DNA from: Akkermansia muciniphila
GTDB taxonomy: Bacteria; Verrucomicrobiota; Verrucomicrobiia; Verrucomicrobiales; V1-33
Reading direction: 5' to 3'
Assembly: GCA_943333275.1 (NCBI GenBank)
Contig: CALQSQ010000004.1
Span: 4,909-68,908, forward strand
DNA length: 64,000 nucleotides
Part shown: positions 55,469 to 64,000 of the stretch, piece after piece
How the letters are laid out: each line of letters begins with the position of its first letter
Numbering within the stretch: the first letter of the stretch is position 1
Made by a program: the position numbers and the translations under genes
The notes under the pieces: model-generated
What the model saw: the letters and a program-made list of their open reading frames with translations, nothing else
Database searches by the model: none
What the model was told of the DNA's origin: nothing

Positions 55469-56464
55469 CTAGCTCGATTGCTCAAAGGCCAGTCCGAGAT
55501 CCAATTGATCCCTTCCCTCCAACGTCCAGGCCGTCCAACCCCGTTCCCGAAGGTCTCTCGCAAACTCGGCCGCAAAACCATGCGTCGTATAAGTCACTCG
55601 CGGCCGCACCATTTCCACCAGTTTCACTAAATCCGGATAGTCCGCGTGATCGCTGAGCGGAAAGACCTCCTCCGTCCGACTCCGATACCTGGCCCGTGGG
55701 TCCATCCCCCACCCGCTGATCATCGCCGCGACGAACTGAGACCCCAGAGGACTCGATGCATTGGGTGGGATCACCAGCACATGCCCCTGCGTTTCCCTTT
55801 CTTTCAAAATCCCGTATTCTGGAAATACCACCCCCTGGCTTTCGTAAACCGCACAAATCCTCCCCACCGTTTCATGAACCAAAATCTTGAAACCCCCACC
55901 CTGCAACAATTGCAAAATCTCCTGCGCCTTCCCCAGCGAATATCCCTGCAAAATCGGCACCTGTCCGTTTTCCAAAGCTGCCCGGCACCAACGCACGACC
56001 TGTTCCTGAATGGCGGAGTAGCTTGGAAAAACATACCTCGGCAATCCAAAGGTCGTCTCCATGATCAGTAGATCGGCCGGCTTCACCCGTGGGGCCTCGC
56101 AGGTGGGTGACGATCGAAGTTTGAAATCCCCGGTATAAAGCAGCGTGGCCCCATCCAATAACCGCGTCACATGCACCATGGCAGACCCCAGAATGTGCCC
56201 GGCAGGCTGCAGTTCAATTCGATACCCATCGACCTCATAAGCCTCCCCGAATTCCAATACCACATGCTCCCCCTTCTGCCCGTAGCGCGCCCGCAGCAGC
56301 GCCGACGTCGCCACGGAACAAATCGCCCTCCCATGCGACGCCACATGATCCGAATGCGCATGGGAGATGACTGCCAGCGGCTTCCCTCGTGTGGGATCCA
56401 GCCACAGATCGATCTCGGGCAGGTGCAGCTTGGAAATGGGAATGAGCGATGGGTCGGGGTTCAC
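55469..56464 (-). CDS. MBL-fold beta-CASP exonuclease (ligase-associated DNA-damage-response exonuclease-like)
   Basis: HAHSDH metal motif, PAGHILGSA, GDFK, ETTFGLP and YSLGKAQE fit the family pattern. Confidence 0.6.
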   Translation of the reverse strand: MNPDPSLIPISKLHLPEIDLWLDPTRGKPLAVISHAHSDHVASHGRAICSVATSALLRARYGQKGEHVVLEFGEAYEVDGYRIELQPAGHILGSAMVHVTRLLDGATLLYTGDFKLRSSPTCEAPRVKPADLLIMETTFGLPRYVFPSYSAIQEQVVRWCRAALENGQVPILQGYSLGKAQEILQLLQGGGFKILVHETVGRICAVYESQGVVFPEYGILKERETQGHVLVIPPNASSPLGSQFVAAMISGWGMDPRARYRSRTEEVFPLSDHADYPDLVKLVEMVRPRVTYTTHGFAAEFARDLRERGWTAWTLEGRDQLDLGLAFEQSS

Positions 56465-56671
56465 GTCATCACTCTAGCAAATGAAAATCTTCCCGCCATC
56501 AGTTGTAATGCCCAATCGGGAAGCGGTGAAACGCGCAAGCCAGCCACTTGCGATGGATCGCCAGAATCATGCCGCACCCCGAGCCTCATCCCTAATCCTT
56601 CGGGAACAATTGTTGACCGCTATCCGCTATTTCGATTAAACTTTGGCTTCGCGCCCCTTCCCGCACAATTT

Positions 56672-59098
56672 ATGATTTCAAGAATCCTCCTCCCCTTTAC
56701 CACCCTTGCTTGTCTAGGCTGGATCCTATCTCCTAGCACAGCGCTGGCCGCAGCGCCCGCCGCACCCGCTGCCTTCAAAGCCACCGCCATCGCCTATAAT
56801 TACGTCGGCCTGTCCTGGGTGGATAGCTCCACGGATGAAGTGGGATTTGAAATAGAATACAAAGTCGGCGCAGGCGCCTATACCATCTACAGCAATGCGG
56901 TCCCTCCCAATTCCACAACCCGACCCGCCGTCGGAACGCTCGCCAATACCTCCTACACCTTCCGGATTCGTGCCTACAATCTAAGCGGGGCTACCCGGGT
57001 CTATTCGGCCTATAAAGTGTCCAATGCCGTCACGACTCCCGCAGCCACAGCGAAGTTTGGCGCGCCTTCGAATTTTACTGCAACAACGACGACCACGACT
57101 TTTGAGCTGGCTTGGACAGACAACGCGACAGTCGAGGACGGATATGAGGTTCGCCTCAGAACTTCCCTGACCGATCCTTTCGTATCTCTGGGCTGGATTA
57201 ACGCCACCTCCGTTGGACTTACAGGTGGCGATCCCGGCACACCCTATTACTTCGAGATCGCAGCTCGCAAGGTAGTGCTGAGCGCGGGAGGGGTGTTGAA
57301 TGACGTATTCTTTTCCACTCCCTCGAACCCTACGGTCACAGCGGTTACCAAGGATGTCATCACCAGTGCTGCCACCACCTCCGGAACGCCTGGAACTCCG
57401 TTCAGTCATACCTTCACGAACACTGCAGGGTCTCCTGTCACCTCCCGCAGCCTTACCAGCGTTCCGGCAAGTTTAAGTTTCACCAGCAGCGCAGGTTCGC
57501 TCACCGGAACCTATCCACCACCGGGAGATTACACCCTGGCCTACACGGTCAACTTCGCCAATGGCTGGTCCCAAACGCAAAACTTCTCCATTAAAACTGC
57601 ATCCATCACCAGCAGTCTGCCGCAACTTTTCGGCACTCCCGGAGCCGCCTTCAATCACACTTTCACCAACACCGGAGGTTATGCGGTTGCGTCCCGCATC
57701 CTCACCGGAAAGCCCTCCAGTTTGGAATTAAATGGTGAAACCGGCGAGCTCAGTGGAGTCTGCCCGCCAGCCGGGAGTTATCCCATGGTCTTCACGTTAA
57801 CCTACGACAACGGTTGGCAAATCACCCAAAGCTTTACGCTGCGAATCTATCCGGCCATTGGTGCGCCGCTCGTTGGGTCGACAATTCCGGACTGGACAGC
57901 GCTCGTTGGTGCGTCGCGGGATACGCCGCTCGCCGGAACCTTCACAGATCCAAGCGCCGAATCCGGGGTCCGCATCGCAACCACCAAGGGCGACATTGAT
58001 GTGATCCTCTACAACGGGGCCACCCCCGCCACGGTCACAAATTTCATGAATTATGTGAACCGGGGGGATTACACCAACGTTGTCTTCCACAGGGCCCCGC
58101 AAAATTTCGTCCTGCAGGGCGGGGCGTTTCGCAGCACTGGCACTGGAAACAACTTCACCGCCGTCCCCAAGGACAGCCCCGTCATCAACGAACCCGGCAT
58201 CCCCAATACCCGGGGCACCCTCAGCATGGCCAAACTGGGCGGCAACCCTGACAGTGCCACCAACCAATTTTTCATCAGCATGCAGGACAACCGGAGCATT
58301 CTGGACGCCCAGAACGGAGGTTTCACCGTGTTCGGTCGCGTCGCCGGCAACGGCATGACCGTGGTCGATGCCATTAACGCCCTTCCAGAACGGACCTACA
58401 CTGTCTCCATCATCGAATCCACGCAAACGTCTTTCGACAGCTTTCCCGTGGATGCACCCGCCGCACCTGACATCATGGACCCGGCTACATTTATAAAAAT
58501 GACCACCGTCGCACCCATCCCCACCCTCAATCATTCCATCACCGCCAACACCAATCCATCCGTCGCCACAGCAGCAATTCTCAACGGTCAGCTCCACCTC
58601 ACCGGCCTCTCGGGAGGCCAGACGAGCATCACGATCACGGCCACCAATCTGGACAATCTGAGTGCGTCGCAGACGTTCAATGTTCAACTCTCCGACACAT
58701 ATGCCTCCTGGGCGGCACGCACCGACTTTCCCGGCGGCCAGTCTGCTTCCAGCCAGAATCCGGACGGCGATCCGCTCAACAATTTCCTGGAATACACCTT
58801 CCTCGCCAATCCCACCATCGCCGACTCCGCTCCCGCATTTGGCAGGACCTCCGTTCCGGAAATGACTCTGACCTTTCCGGTGAGAAAATTTGCCCCCGCC
58901 CTCACCTACACCGTGCAGGCCGCGTCGAATCTCACAGGGCCTTGGTCCGACGTGTGGTCGACCTCTCAAGGATTCGCCCACACCCAGGTCGTCACTGCCA
59001 CCGACCTCCCGGACCGGACTTTCGTCACCATCAGGGACCTTCAGCCGATCACTGCTTCAGGACACCGGTTCATGCAGGTTCGGGTCACGGAATTGTGA
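56672..59098 (+). CDS. Secreted multidomain protein: 2x FN3, 2x Ig-like, cyclophilin-type peptidyl-prolyl isomerase domain, C-terminal sandwich module
   Basis: Signal peptide MISRILLPFTTLACLGWILSPSTALA. The FN3 pattern is present (VGLSWVDSSTDEVGFEIEYK). The cyclophilin core spans roughly 57970-58400 (TTKGDIDVILYNGATPATVTNFMNYV...VFHRAPQNFVLQGG...GTLSMAKLGGNPDSATNQFFI...FTVFGRV). The ORF-track start at 56171 overlaps the MBL gene and is rejected. Confidence 0.8.
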   Translation: MISRILLPFTTLACLGWILSPSTALAAAPAAPAAFKATAIAYNYVGLSWVDSSTDEVGFEIEYKVGAGAYTIYSNAVPPNSTTRPAVGTLANTSYTFRIRAYNLSGATRVYSAYKVSNAVTTPAATAKFGAPSNFTATTTTTTFELAWTDNATVEDGYEVRLRTSLTDPFVSLGWINATSVGLTGGDPGTPYYFEIAARKVVLSAGGVLNDVFFSTPSNPTVTAVTKDVITSAATTSGTPGTPFSHTFTNTAGSPVTSRSLTSVPASLSFTSSAGSLTGTYPPPGDYTLAYTVNFANGWSQTQNFSIKTASITSSLPQLFGTPGAAFNHTFTNTGGYAVASRILTGKPSSLELNGETGELSGVCPPAGSYPMVFTLTYDNGWQITQSFTLRIYPAIGAPLVGSTIPDWTALVGASRDTPLAGTFTDPSAESGVRIATTKGDIDVILYNGATPATVTNFMNYVNRGDYTNVVFHRAPQNFVLQGGAFRSTGTGNNFTAVPKDSPVINEPGIPNTRGTLSMAKLGGNPDSATNQFFISMQDNRSILDAQNGGFTVFGRVAGNGMTVVDAINALPERTYTVSIIESTQTSFDSFPVDAPAAPDIMDPATFIKMTTVAPIPTLNHSITANTNPSVATAAILNGQLHLTGLSGGQTSITITATNLDNLSASQTFNVQLSDTYASWAARTDFPGGQSASSQNPDGDPLNNFLEYTFLANPTIADSAPAFGRTSVPEMTLTFPVRKFAPALTYTVQAASNLTGPWSDVWSTSQGFAHTQVVTATDLPDRTFVTIRDLQPITASGHRFMQVRVTEL

Positions 59099-59145
59099 AA
59101 TGTTTGCATCTTTTTTGACTCCGCGGAGTTTATGGAAACAACGCC

Positions 59146-61812
59146 ATGAACACTCCGCTTTTCGTCCACAAAATCGCCGCCGCCGCATTGGTGCTCGGAG
59201 CCTGGATGCCCTGCGCCAGCGGCGCTGAGTCGCCCCCGACGACTGAACAGCTCAATTTCTTCGAAAAGAAAATCCGTCCCGTCCTTGTGGAGAAATGCTC
59301 CAAGTGCCACGGCTCTGAAGGCTCGCCCAAGGCCGGCCTGCGACTGGACAGCCGCGATGCCATGCGGCGTGGCGGTGAAAGCGGTCCCGCAATGATCCCA
59401 GGCGATGCGGAGGGCAGCCTGCTCATGGAGGCCATCCGTTACGGCGATCCAGACACCGCCATGCCACCCAAAAAATCCGGAGGAAAACTACCCGATGCCG
59501 TGATCGCCGATTTCGAATCCTGGATCAAAATGGGTGCGCCCGATCCGCGTGACAAACCCTCCGATGGATCACCAGAGGTAGCCTCCCAAAAATCGTGGAG
59601 CGATTATGGCGAAGCCACCAAGTGGTGGTCCTGGCAGCTTCCCCAGCCTCAAGCCGTTCCGGACGTCAAGGATCCCGCCTGGACTTGGAAACCGCTTGAT
59701 GCCTTTGTCTCGGCGAACTTTGAAAAGCAGGAGTTGAAACCCGTGGCCGATGCCGATGCCGCGACCTGGATCCGCCGAGCTTATTTCGATATCATCGGCC
59801 TGCCTCCCCGGCCTCAGGAGGTGATCGATTTCGTCAAAGCCTGGCAGACCGATGCCGCCAAGGCCCGCAGCGAAATCGTGGACAAGCTGCTGGACTCCCC
59901 GCAATACGGCGAGCGCTGGGGCCGCCACTGGCTGGATGTGGCGCGTTTCGCGGAATCCACCGGCAAGGATGTGAACACCGCCTTCCCCCATGCCTGGCGG
60001 TATCGCGATTATGTCATCGCCGCCTTCAACGCCGACAAACCATTCAACACCTTTGTTATCGAACAAATCGCCGGAGACCTGCTGCCCGCCAAAGACTCCG
60101 CTCAGAAAGCCTCTCAAACCATTGCGACCGGTTTCCTCGCCATCGGTTCCAAATCGCTCAACGAACAGAACCCGCGCCAGTTCGCCCTGGATCTGGCGGA
60201 CGAGCAGATTGATACCCTCTCCCAGGCCTTTCTGGCCACCACCATTGCCTGTGCGCGCTGCCATGATCATAAGTTTGATCCCATTCCCCAGCGTGAATAT
60301 TACGCGCTCGCCGGCATTTTTCTCAGCACCGACACTCGCTATGGCACCGCCAATTCCATCCAGTCGCGACACGGCAGCGAACTCATCGAACTGCCCGCCG
60401 ATGCCGGACTCCCCATCGTCGCCAAGGCCATTTCACCGGCAGAGCGTCAGACGCAAATGTCCGAGTTGGAAAAACTCAAGAAGGAACGCGATTCCTTCAT
60501 CGCCGATCGTCTGAAGAAACGCAACGAAGGCAGTGTCACCCCCCAGGATCAACAACGCAGACTTTTCGTCATCTCCCGCATCGGCCAATTGGAAACGGCC
60601 CTGGCCGGCATCACCGAATCCGGCGCGGCCAAGAGTCTGAGCATGGGCGTGCAGGACCAGCCCGCCGACCGCAAGCTGGGCGATGATGTGGGTGATTTCA
60701 TCAAACGCCGGATTCAGGAACGGTTCGGGCGCCCCGCCCAGTTTTCGCAAATCTCCAACAGTCCGCTCTATATCCGTGGCGACGCCGACAAACCCGGCGA
60801 ACGCGTCCCCCGTGGATTCGTCAGTGTGCTGAGCAAGGGAGATGTGCCGGTCATCAGGGACAAGACCAGCGGGCGATTGGAACTCGCGCAATGGATCACC
60901 TCACCCGGCAATCCTCTGACCGCCCGCGTCATCGTCAACCGCGCCTGGCATTGGGTCTTCGGCAAGGGCTTGGTGACCAGCGTGGATAATTTCGGAACCA
61001 CGGGCAACGAGCCTTCGAATCTGGCGCTGCTGGACTATCTGGCGCTGCATTTTCAAAAGGATCTCAACTGGAGTGTTAAATCGCTCGTCCGTGAATTGGT
61101 CCTGAGCCACACCTACGGTCTGAGTTCGAGATACGATCCCGCCAACTTTCACAACGATCCTGAAAATGCCGCGTGCTGGCGCATGAACCCCCGGAGAATG
61201 GATGCAGAGTGCATTCGCGATGCCATGCTCGCCGTCAGCAGCACGCTCGATCTGCGTCCTCCCGTGGGATCGTCCGTGGCCTTCGCAGGGGATGGCCCCA
61301 TCGGTGGACCCCGCCGCAGGTCCATTGGGGAAAAGGGATTCACGGAACCGGAGGGGAATTTCCGATCGATCTATCTTCCCACCGTCCGGGATTTGCTGCC
61401 CACGGTGCTGGATCTGTTCGATGCACCGGATGGCACGCTGGTGACAGGTCGCCGTGAAAGCACCAACACTCCCACCCAGGCACTATTCCTGATGAACAGC
61501 GAATTCGTCGCGGAGCAGTCGGAGTTGTTTGCCAAGAAATTGCTCAAAGCCATTCCCCCCAGCAGCAAAAATGCCGGATGGGGTGACCAGCTTCCCGAGC
61601 GCGTCCGCTGGGCCTACGCCCTGTGTTTTAGCCGCTGGCCGACGCCCGACGAAATGACGGCCGCGCAGGCGTTTTTCAATCGCTTCCCATCCAAATGGGA
61701 CGGTGCCTCCGACCAAAGCCAGGGCATCAAGGATCCCGCGGCTATCCAGGCCGCCTACACCAGCTTCTGTCGCGCCCTCTTCGGAAGCGCTGAATTTCGT
61801 CAACTCAACTAA
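59146..61812 (+). CDS. PSCyt1 + DUF1549 + DUF1553 protein (planctomycete-type cytochrome c domain protein)
   Basis: Signal peptide, a haem-binding CSKCH in FFEKKIRPVLVEKCSKCHG, and the CARCHDHKFDPIPQREYY motif typical of DUF1549/1553 proteins. Confidence 0.8.
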   Translation: MNTPLFVHKIAAAALVLGAWMPCASGAESPPTTEQLNFFEKKIRPVLVEKCSKCHGSEGSPKAGLRLDSRDAMRRGGESGPAMIPGDAEGSLLMEAIRYGDPDTAMPPKKSGGKLPDAVIADFESWIKMGAPDPRDKPSDGSPEVASQKSWSDYGEATKWWSWQLPQPQAVPDVKDPAWTWKPLDAFVSANFEKQELKPVADADAATWIRRAYFDIIGLPPRPQEVIDFVKAWQTDAAKARSEIVDKLLDSPQYGERWGRHWLDVARFAESTGKDVNTAFPHAWRYRDYVIAAFNADKPFNTFVIEQIAGDLLPAKDSAQKASQTIATGFLAIGSKSLNEQNPRQFALDLADEQIDTLSQAFLATTIACARCHDHKFDPIPQREYYALAGIFLSTDTRYGTANSIQSRHGSELIELPADAGLPIVAKAISPAERQTQMSELEKLKKERDSFIADRLKKRNEGSVTPQDQQRRLFVISRIGQLETALAGITESGAAKSLSMGVQDQPADRKLGDDVGDFIKRRIQERFGRPAQFSQISNSPLYIRGDADKPGERVPRGFVSVLSKGDVPVIRDKTSGRLELAQWITSPGNPLTARVIVNRAWHWVFGKGLVTSVDNFGTTGNEPSNLALLDYLALHFQKDLNWSVKSLVRELVLSHTYGLSSRYDPANFHNDPENAACWRMNPRRMDAECIRDAMLAVSSTLDLRPPVGSSVAFAGDGPIGGPRRRSIGEKGFTEPEGNFRSIYLPTVRDLLPTVLDLFDAPDGTLVTGRRESTNTPTQALFLMNSEFVAEQSELFAKKLLKAIPPSSKNAGWGDQLPERVRWAYALCFSRWPTPDEMTAAQAFFNRFPSKWDGASDQSQGIKDPAAIQAAYTSFCRALFGSAEFRQLN

Positions 61813-61824
61813 CCACCTCTCACC

Positions 61825-63195
61825 ATGAATACCTGTGGCCACATCACCTCGCTGCTGACCCGGCGGGCACTGCTGAAGAATCTCTCCTGCGGCTTCGGCT
61901 GGCTGGCATTTTCCGACCTGGTGGCCCGCGCCGCCACCGGACCGCTGGCTCCCAAACCCACGCACTTCCCCGCCAAGGCCAAACGCGTCATCTTCCTCTG
62001 CATGCGCGGCGGTCCATCGCATGTGGATACGTTCGACTACAAACCAATGCTCACCGCCGACAATGGCAAGGTGGGAAAACGCCCGGGAACCAAGCTGCTG
62101 GGTTCACCCTGGGAATTTAAACAACACGGCAAAAGCGGACTCTGGCTCAGCGAACTCTTCCCGAAACTGGCGGCCCATGCGGACGAACTTTGCCTCCTCC
62201 GCTCCATGCAGACGAACCTCCCTGCGCATCCGCAGGCGGTGATCAACATGCACACTGGCAGTTCACAATTCGTGCGGCCGTCCCTCGGTGCCTGGTCTCT
62301 CTATGGTCTGGGCACCACCAATGAAAACCTTCCGGGATTCGTCACCATCACCCCGTCCAATGGATTCGGCGGAGCTCAAAACTACGGCAGTTCCTTTCTT
62401 CCCGCCATCTACCAGGGCACCCGCATCGGCTCCGACAACCGCCCCATCGAAGGTGCCCAGTTGAGCAATCTTGAGCCAACCATGAATGCTCAGGCGCAGC
62501 GCACGGAGTTGGATTTCATTCAAAATCTCAACCAGCAGAAACTCCACAAGGATGGCGTGAATCCTGAGGTGGAGGGCGTGATCCAGAGTTACGAACTGGC
62601 CTTTAAAATGCAGAGCCAGATGCCGCTCGTCATCGATACCGACAAGGAATCCGATGCCACCAAAAAACTCTACGGCATCGATACCGCCGCCACCGCCGAC
62701 TTCGGCCGCAAATGTCTCATGGCCCGTCGCATGGTCGAGGCCGGCGTGCGCTTCGTGGAAATCGGCCACGGAAATTGGGATCACCATTTCAACCTCGACA
62801 ACGCCATGCGCACCAACTGCGGCGCCATCGACCAGCCCATCGCAGGCCTGCTCACCGATCTCAATCAACGCGGCCTACTCAAGGACACGCTGGTCATCTG
62901 GGGCGGAGAGTTTGGCCGCACCCCCCACGCCCAGGCGGGCAACGGCCGCGACCACAACAACAAGGGCTTCACCATGTGGATGGCGGGCGGCGGAGTCAAA
63001 GGCGGCTTCAGTTATGGCTCGACCGACGACTACGGCTACGAGGCCGTGGAAAAACCCATGCCCATCCACGACTGGCACGCCACTGTTCTGGCGCTGCTGG
63101 GTCTGGATCACGAAAAACTGTCCTTCCCCTACGCCGGACGCGATTTCCGCCTCACGGACACCAAGGGCACAGTGGCGAAGGAGATCATTTCCTGA
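61825..63195 (+). CDS. DUF1501 protein (sulfatase/alkaline-phosphatase superfamily-like) with a Tat-type signal
   Basis: TRRALLKNL Tat motif. Family motifs are present (FLCMRGGPSHVDTFDYKP, WDHH, GGEFGRTP, GRDHN). It is the usual partner of the upstream PSCyt/DUF1553 gene. Confidence 0.8.
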   Translation: MNTCGHITSLLTRRALLKNLSCGFGWLAFSDLVARAATGPLAPKPTHFPAKAKRVIFLCMRGGPSHVDTFDYKPMLTADNGKVGKRPGTKLLGSPWEFKQHGKSGLWLSELFPKLAAHADELCLLRSMQTNLPAHPQAVINMHTGSSQFVRPSLGAWSLYGLGTTNENLPGFVTITPSNGFGGAQNYGSSFLPAIYQGTRIGSDNRPIEGAQLSNLEPTMNAQAQRTELDFIQNLNQQKLHKDGVNPEVEGVIQSYELAFKMQSQMPLVIDTDKESDATKKLYGIDTAATADFGRKCLMARRMVEAGVRFVEIGHGNWDHHFNLDNAMRTNCGAIDQPIAGLLTDLNQRGLLKDTLVIWGGEFGRTPHAQAGNGRDHNNKGFTMWMAGGGVKGGFSYGSTDDYGYEAVEKPMPIHDWHATVLALLGLDHEKLSFPYAGRDFRLTDTKGTVAKEIIS

Positions 63196-63217
63196 TCGGC
63201 TAGGTTTGCCGTCAGGC

Positions 63218-64000
63218 CTACTTCAATTCAACTCTTCGCAGTTCCTTGGTATCGCGCAGGTATAGCTTCCCGTCGGCGTAGGCCGGATTGCACCAGGTCT
63301 TGCCACACACCTGGATGCGGCTGATTTCCTTGTAATCCTTGGAATCAGCAGCAAAGAGCACCAACTCACCGCCATCCGTCAGGGTTGCAATATTTTCACC
63401 CATGATTAGAAAGGCGGCTTCAGCTTGTTCCGCGGAGGTGTTCACGACTCCGGTCTGGTTCCACGTGGGCTCGCCGGTTTTGGGATCGACGCAGATCAGA
63501 TCCTTGTTCGACCCAAGGCCGTAGAGATGCTCTCCCACCACGACCGGACTGGAGAAGTTCATGAGAATTTTCTTGTTCACCCATGCTTCCTTCGCCACCC
63601 AGGCTTCACCTTCTTTGGAAACTCTGGTCCCAACCAACCCCAACTGATGGGACGCAACCACCACCAGATCGCCAATCACAACAGGAGTGGTCACGTGCCG
63701 CCCCATCCGCGTGGTCATCGGCTGCCGCCATAGCAGGGCGCCCGTTGCCGGTTCCAGGCTGATCAATCCCTCGCAGGTGAAGGCTACGTACTGCGTTGCT
63801 CCTCCCATTTCGGTGATGATGGGCGAAGCATAGGCCGTTTGATCGTTCTGTGATTTCCAGACGACTTTTCCATCCAGCTTGTTAAATGCCACAATGCTCG
63901 CCCCCTTGGCGCTGCCGACCTGAACGATGATCGTATCCTTGTAAATCATCGGCGTCGCCGTGGCTCCATGGCGGCTGGCTCCCGCTGCATCGCCTTTCTC
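63218..64000 (-). CDS. PQQ-like beta-propeller repeat protein (BamB-like); the 5' end probably lies beyond the window
   Basis: Repeated blades are present (GKVVWKSQ, GALLWRQP, GEPTWNQT, ...DGKLYLRD). The reading frame remains open upstream of the listed Met to the window edge. Confidence 0.6.
   Translation of the reverse strand, partial: EKGDAAGASRHGATATPMIYKDTIIVQVGSAKGASIVAFNKLDGKVVWKSQNDQTAYASPIITEMGGATQYVAFTCEGLISLEPATGALLWRQPMTTRMGRHVTTPVVIGDLVVVASHQLGLVGTRVSKEGEAWVAKEAWVNKKILMNFSSPVVVGEHLYGLGSNKDLICVDPKTGEPTWNQTGVVNTSAEQAEAAFLIMGENIATLTDGGELVLFAADSKDYKEISRIQVCGKTWCNPAYADGKLYLRDTKELRRVELK

Noticed and set aside
54091-55656. 521-aa + strand ORF.
   Set aside because: It is antisense to dnaG, which has the zinc ribbon and TOPRIM motifs. 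The composition is that of a low-complexity shadow ORF.
56600-56650. Sigma-70-like promoter TTGACC-N17-TTAAAC upstream of the cyclophilin-protein gene.
   Set aside because: The -10 hexamer matches the consensus at only about half of its positions, and PVC promoter consensus is uncertain. The evidence is too weak to annotate.
56171-56671. 5' extension of the cyclophilin-protein ORF (ORF-track start at 56171).
   Set aside because: It would overlap the convergently read MBL exonuclease gene by about 300 nt and encodes Arg/Pro-rich non-protein-like sequence. A good signal peptide begins at the ATG at 56672.
57797-58981. 394-aa - strand ORF.
   Set aside because: It is antisense to the cyclophilin-domain protein gene. 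It is Gly/Arg-rich shadow sequence.
1-64000. Scan for CRISPR arrays, tRNA/rRNA genes, IS elements, integrases, toxin-antitoxin or phage-defence gene sets.
   Set aside because: I saw no direct-repeat/spacer arrays, no cloverleaf-like conserved tRNA boxes in the intergenic regions, no transposase or integrase-like ORFs, and no recognisable defence-system proteins. The window looks like core chromosome rather than a mobile island.

Overview
GC-rich chromosomal window. The gene content points to the PVC superphylum, most likely Verrucomicrobiota: a PEP-CTERM protein, a PSCyt1/DUF1549/DUF1553 + DUF1501 pair, DUF642-like repeat proteins and a Ser/Thr kinase with an extracytoplasmic domain. About 50 CDSs are supported. 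I recognised no rRNA, tRNA, CRISPR array, IS element or prophage. Housekeeping genes (guaB, rpsN, nadC, rpoD, dnaG, apbE, a polyprenyl synthase) are interspersed with two notable loci. (1) 6727-23241, minus strand: 15 tightly packed, largely translationally coupled genes. An NitT/TauT-type ABC importer is followed by seven enzymes: creatininase-family, GlnT-like glutamine-synthetase-family ligase, alpha-only Rieske oxygenase, GFA-family protein, SDR, CE4/PuuE-like hydrolase and a TIM-barrel protein. Then come a NikR-like RHH regulator that lacks two of the four E. coli nickel ligands, and a complete urea/guanidine carboxylase module (two DUF1989 genes, the carboxylase, allophanate hydrolase). 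A sigma-54-like -24/-12 element lies upstream. I read this as an undescribed route that funnels a substituted guanidino or ureido compound into the guanidine/urea carboxylase pathway; this is inference. (2) 41492-51528, plus strand: a variant Pel-type exopolysaccharide locus. pelD, pelF and pelG are recognisable. The PelB role is split over three ORFs and there is no pelA or pelC. The pelE-like gene is cut by an in-frame TAG. The locus lies behind an unusually AT-rich 375-bp divergent control region. Other observations: a PEP-CTERM protein gene cut by an in-frame TAA; a C-terminal module ending in FYR[LI] or FMQV shared by three secreted proteins; a canonical AT-hook in the N-terminal extension of RpoD; a NagB-LmbE fusion whose LmbE metal motifs look degenerate; and a secreted FN3/Ig/cyclophilin protein. 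All functional calls rest on motif and family recognition by eye, with no database searches. Start codons are often uncertain.
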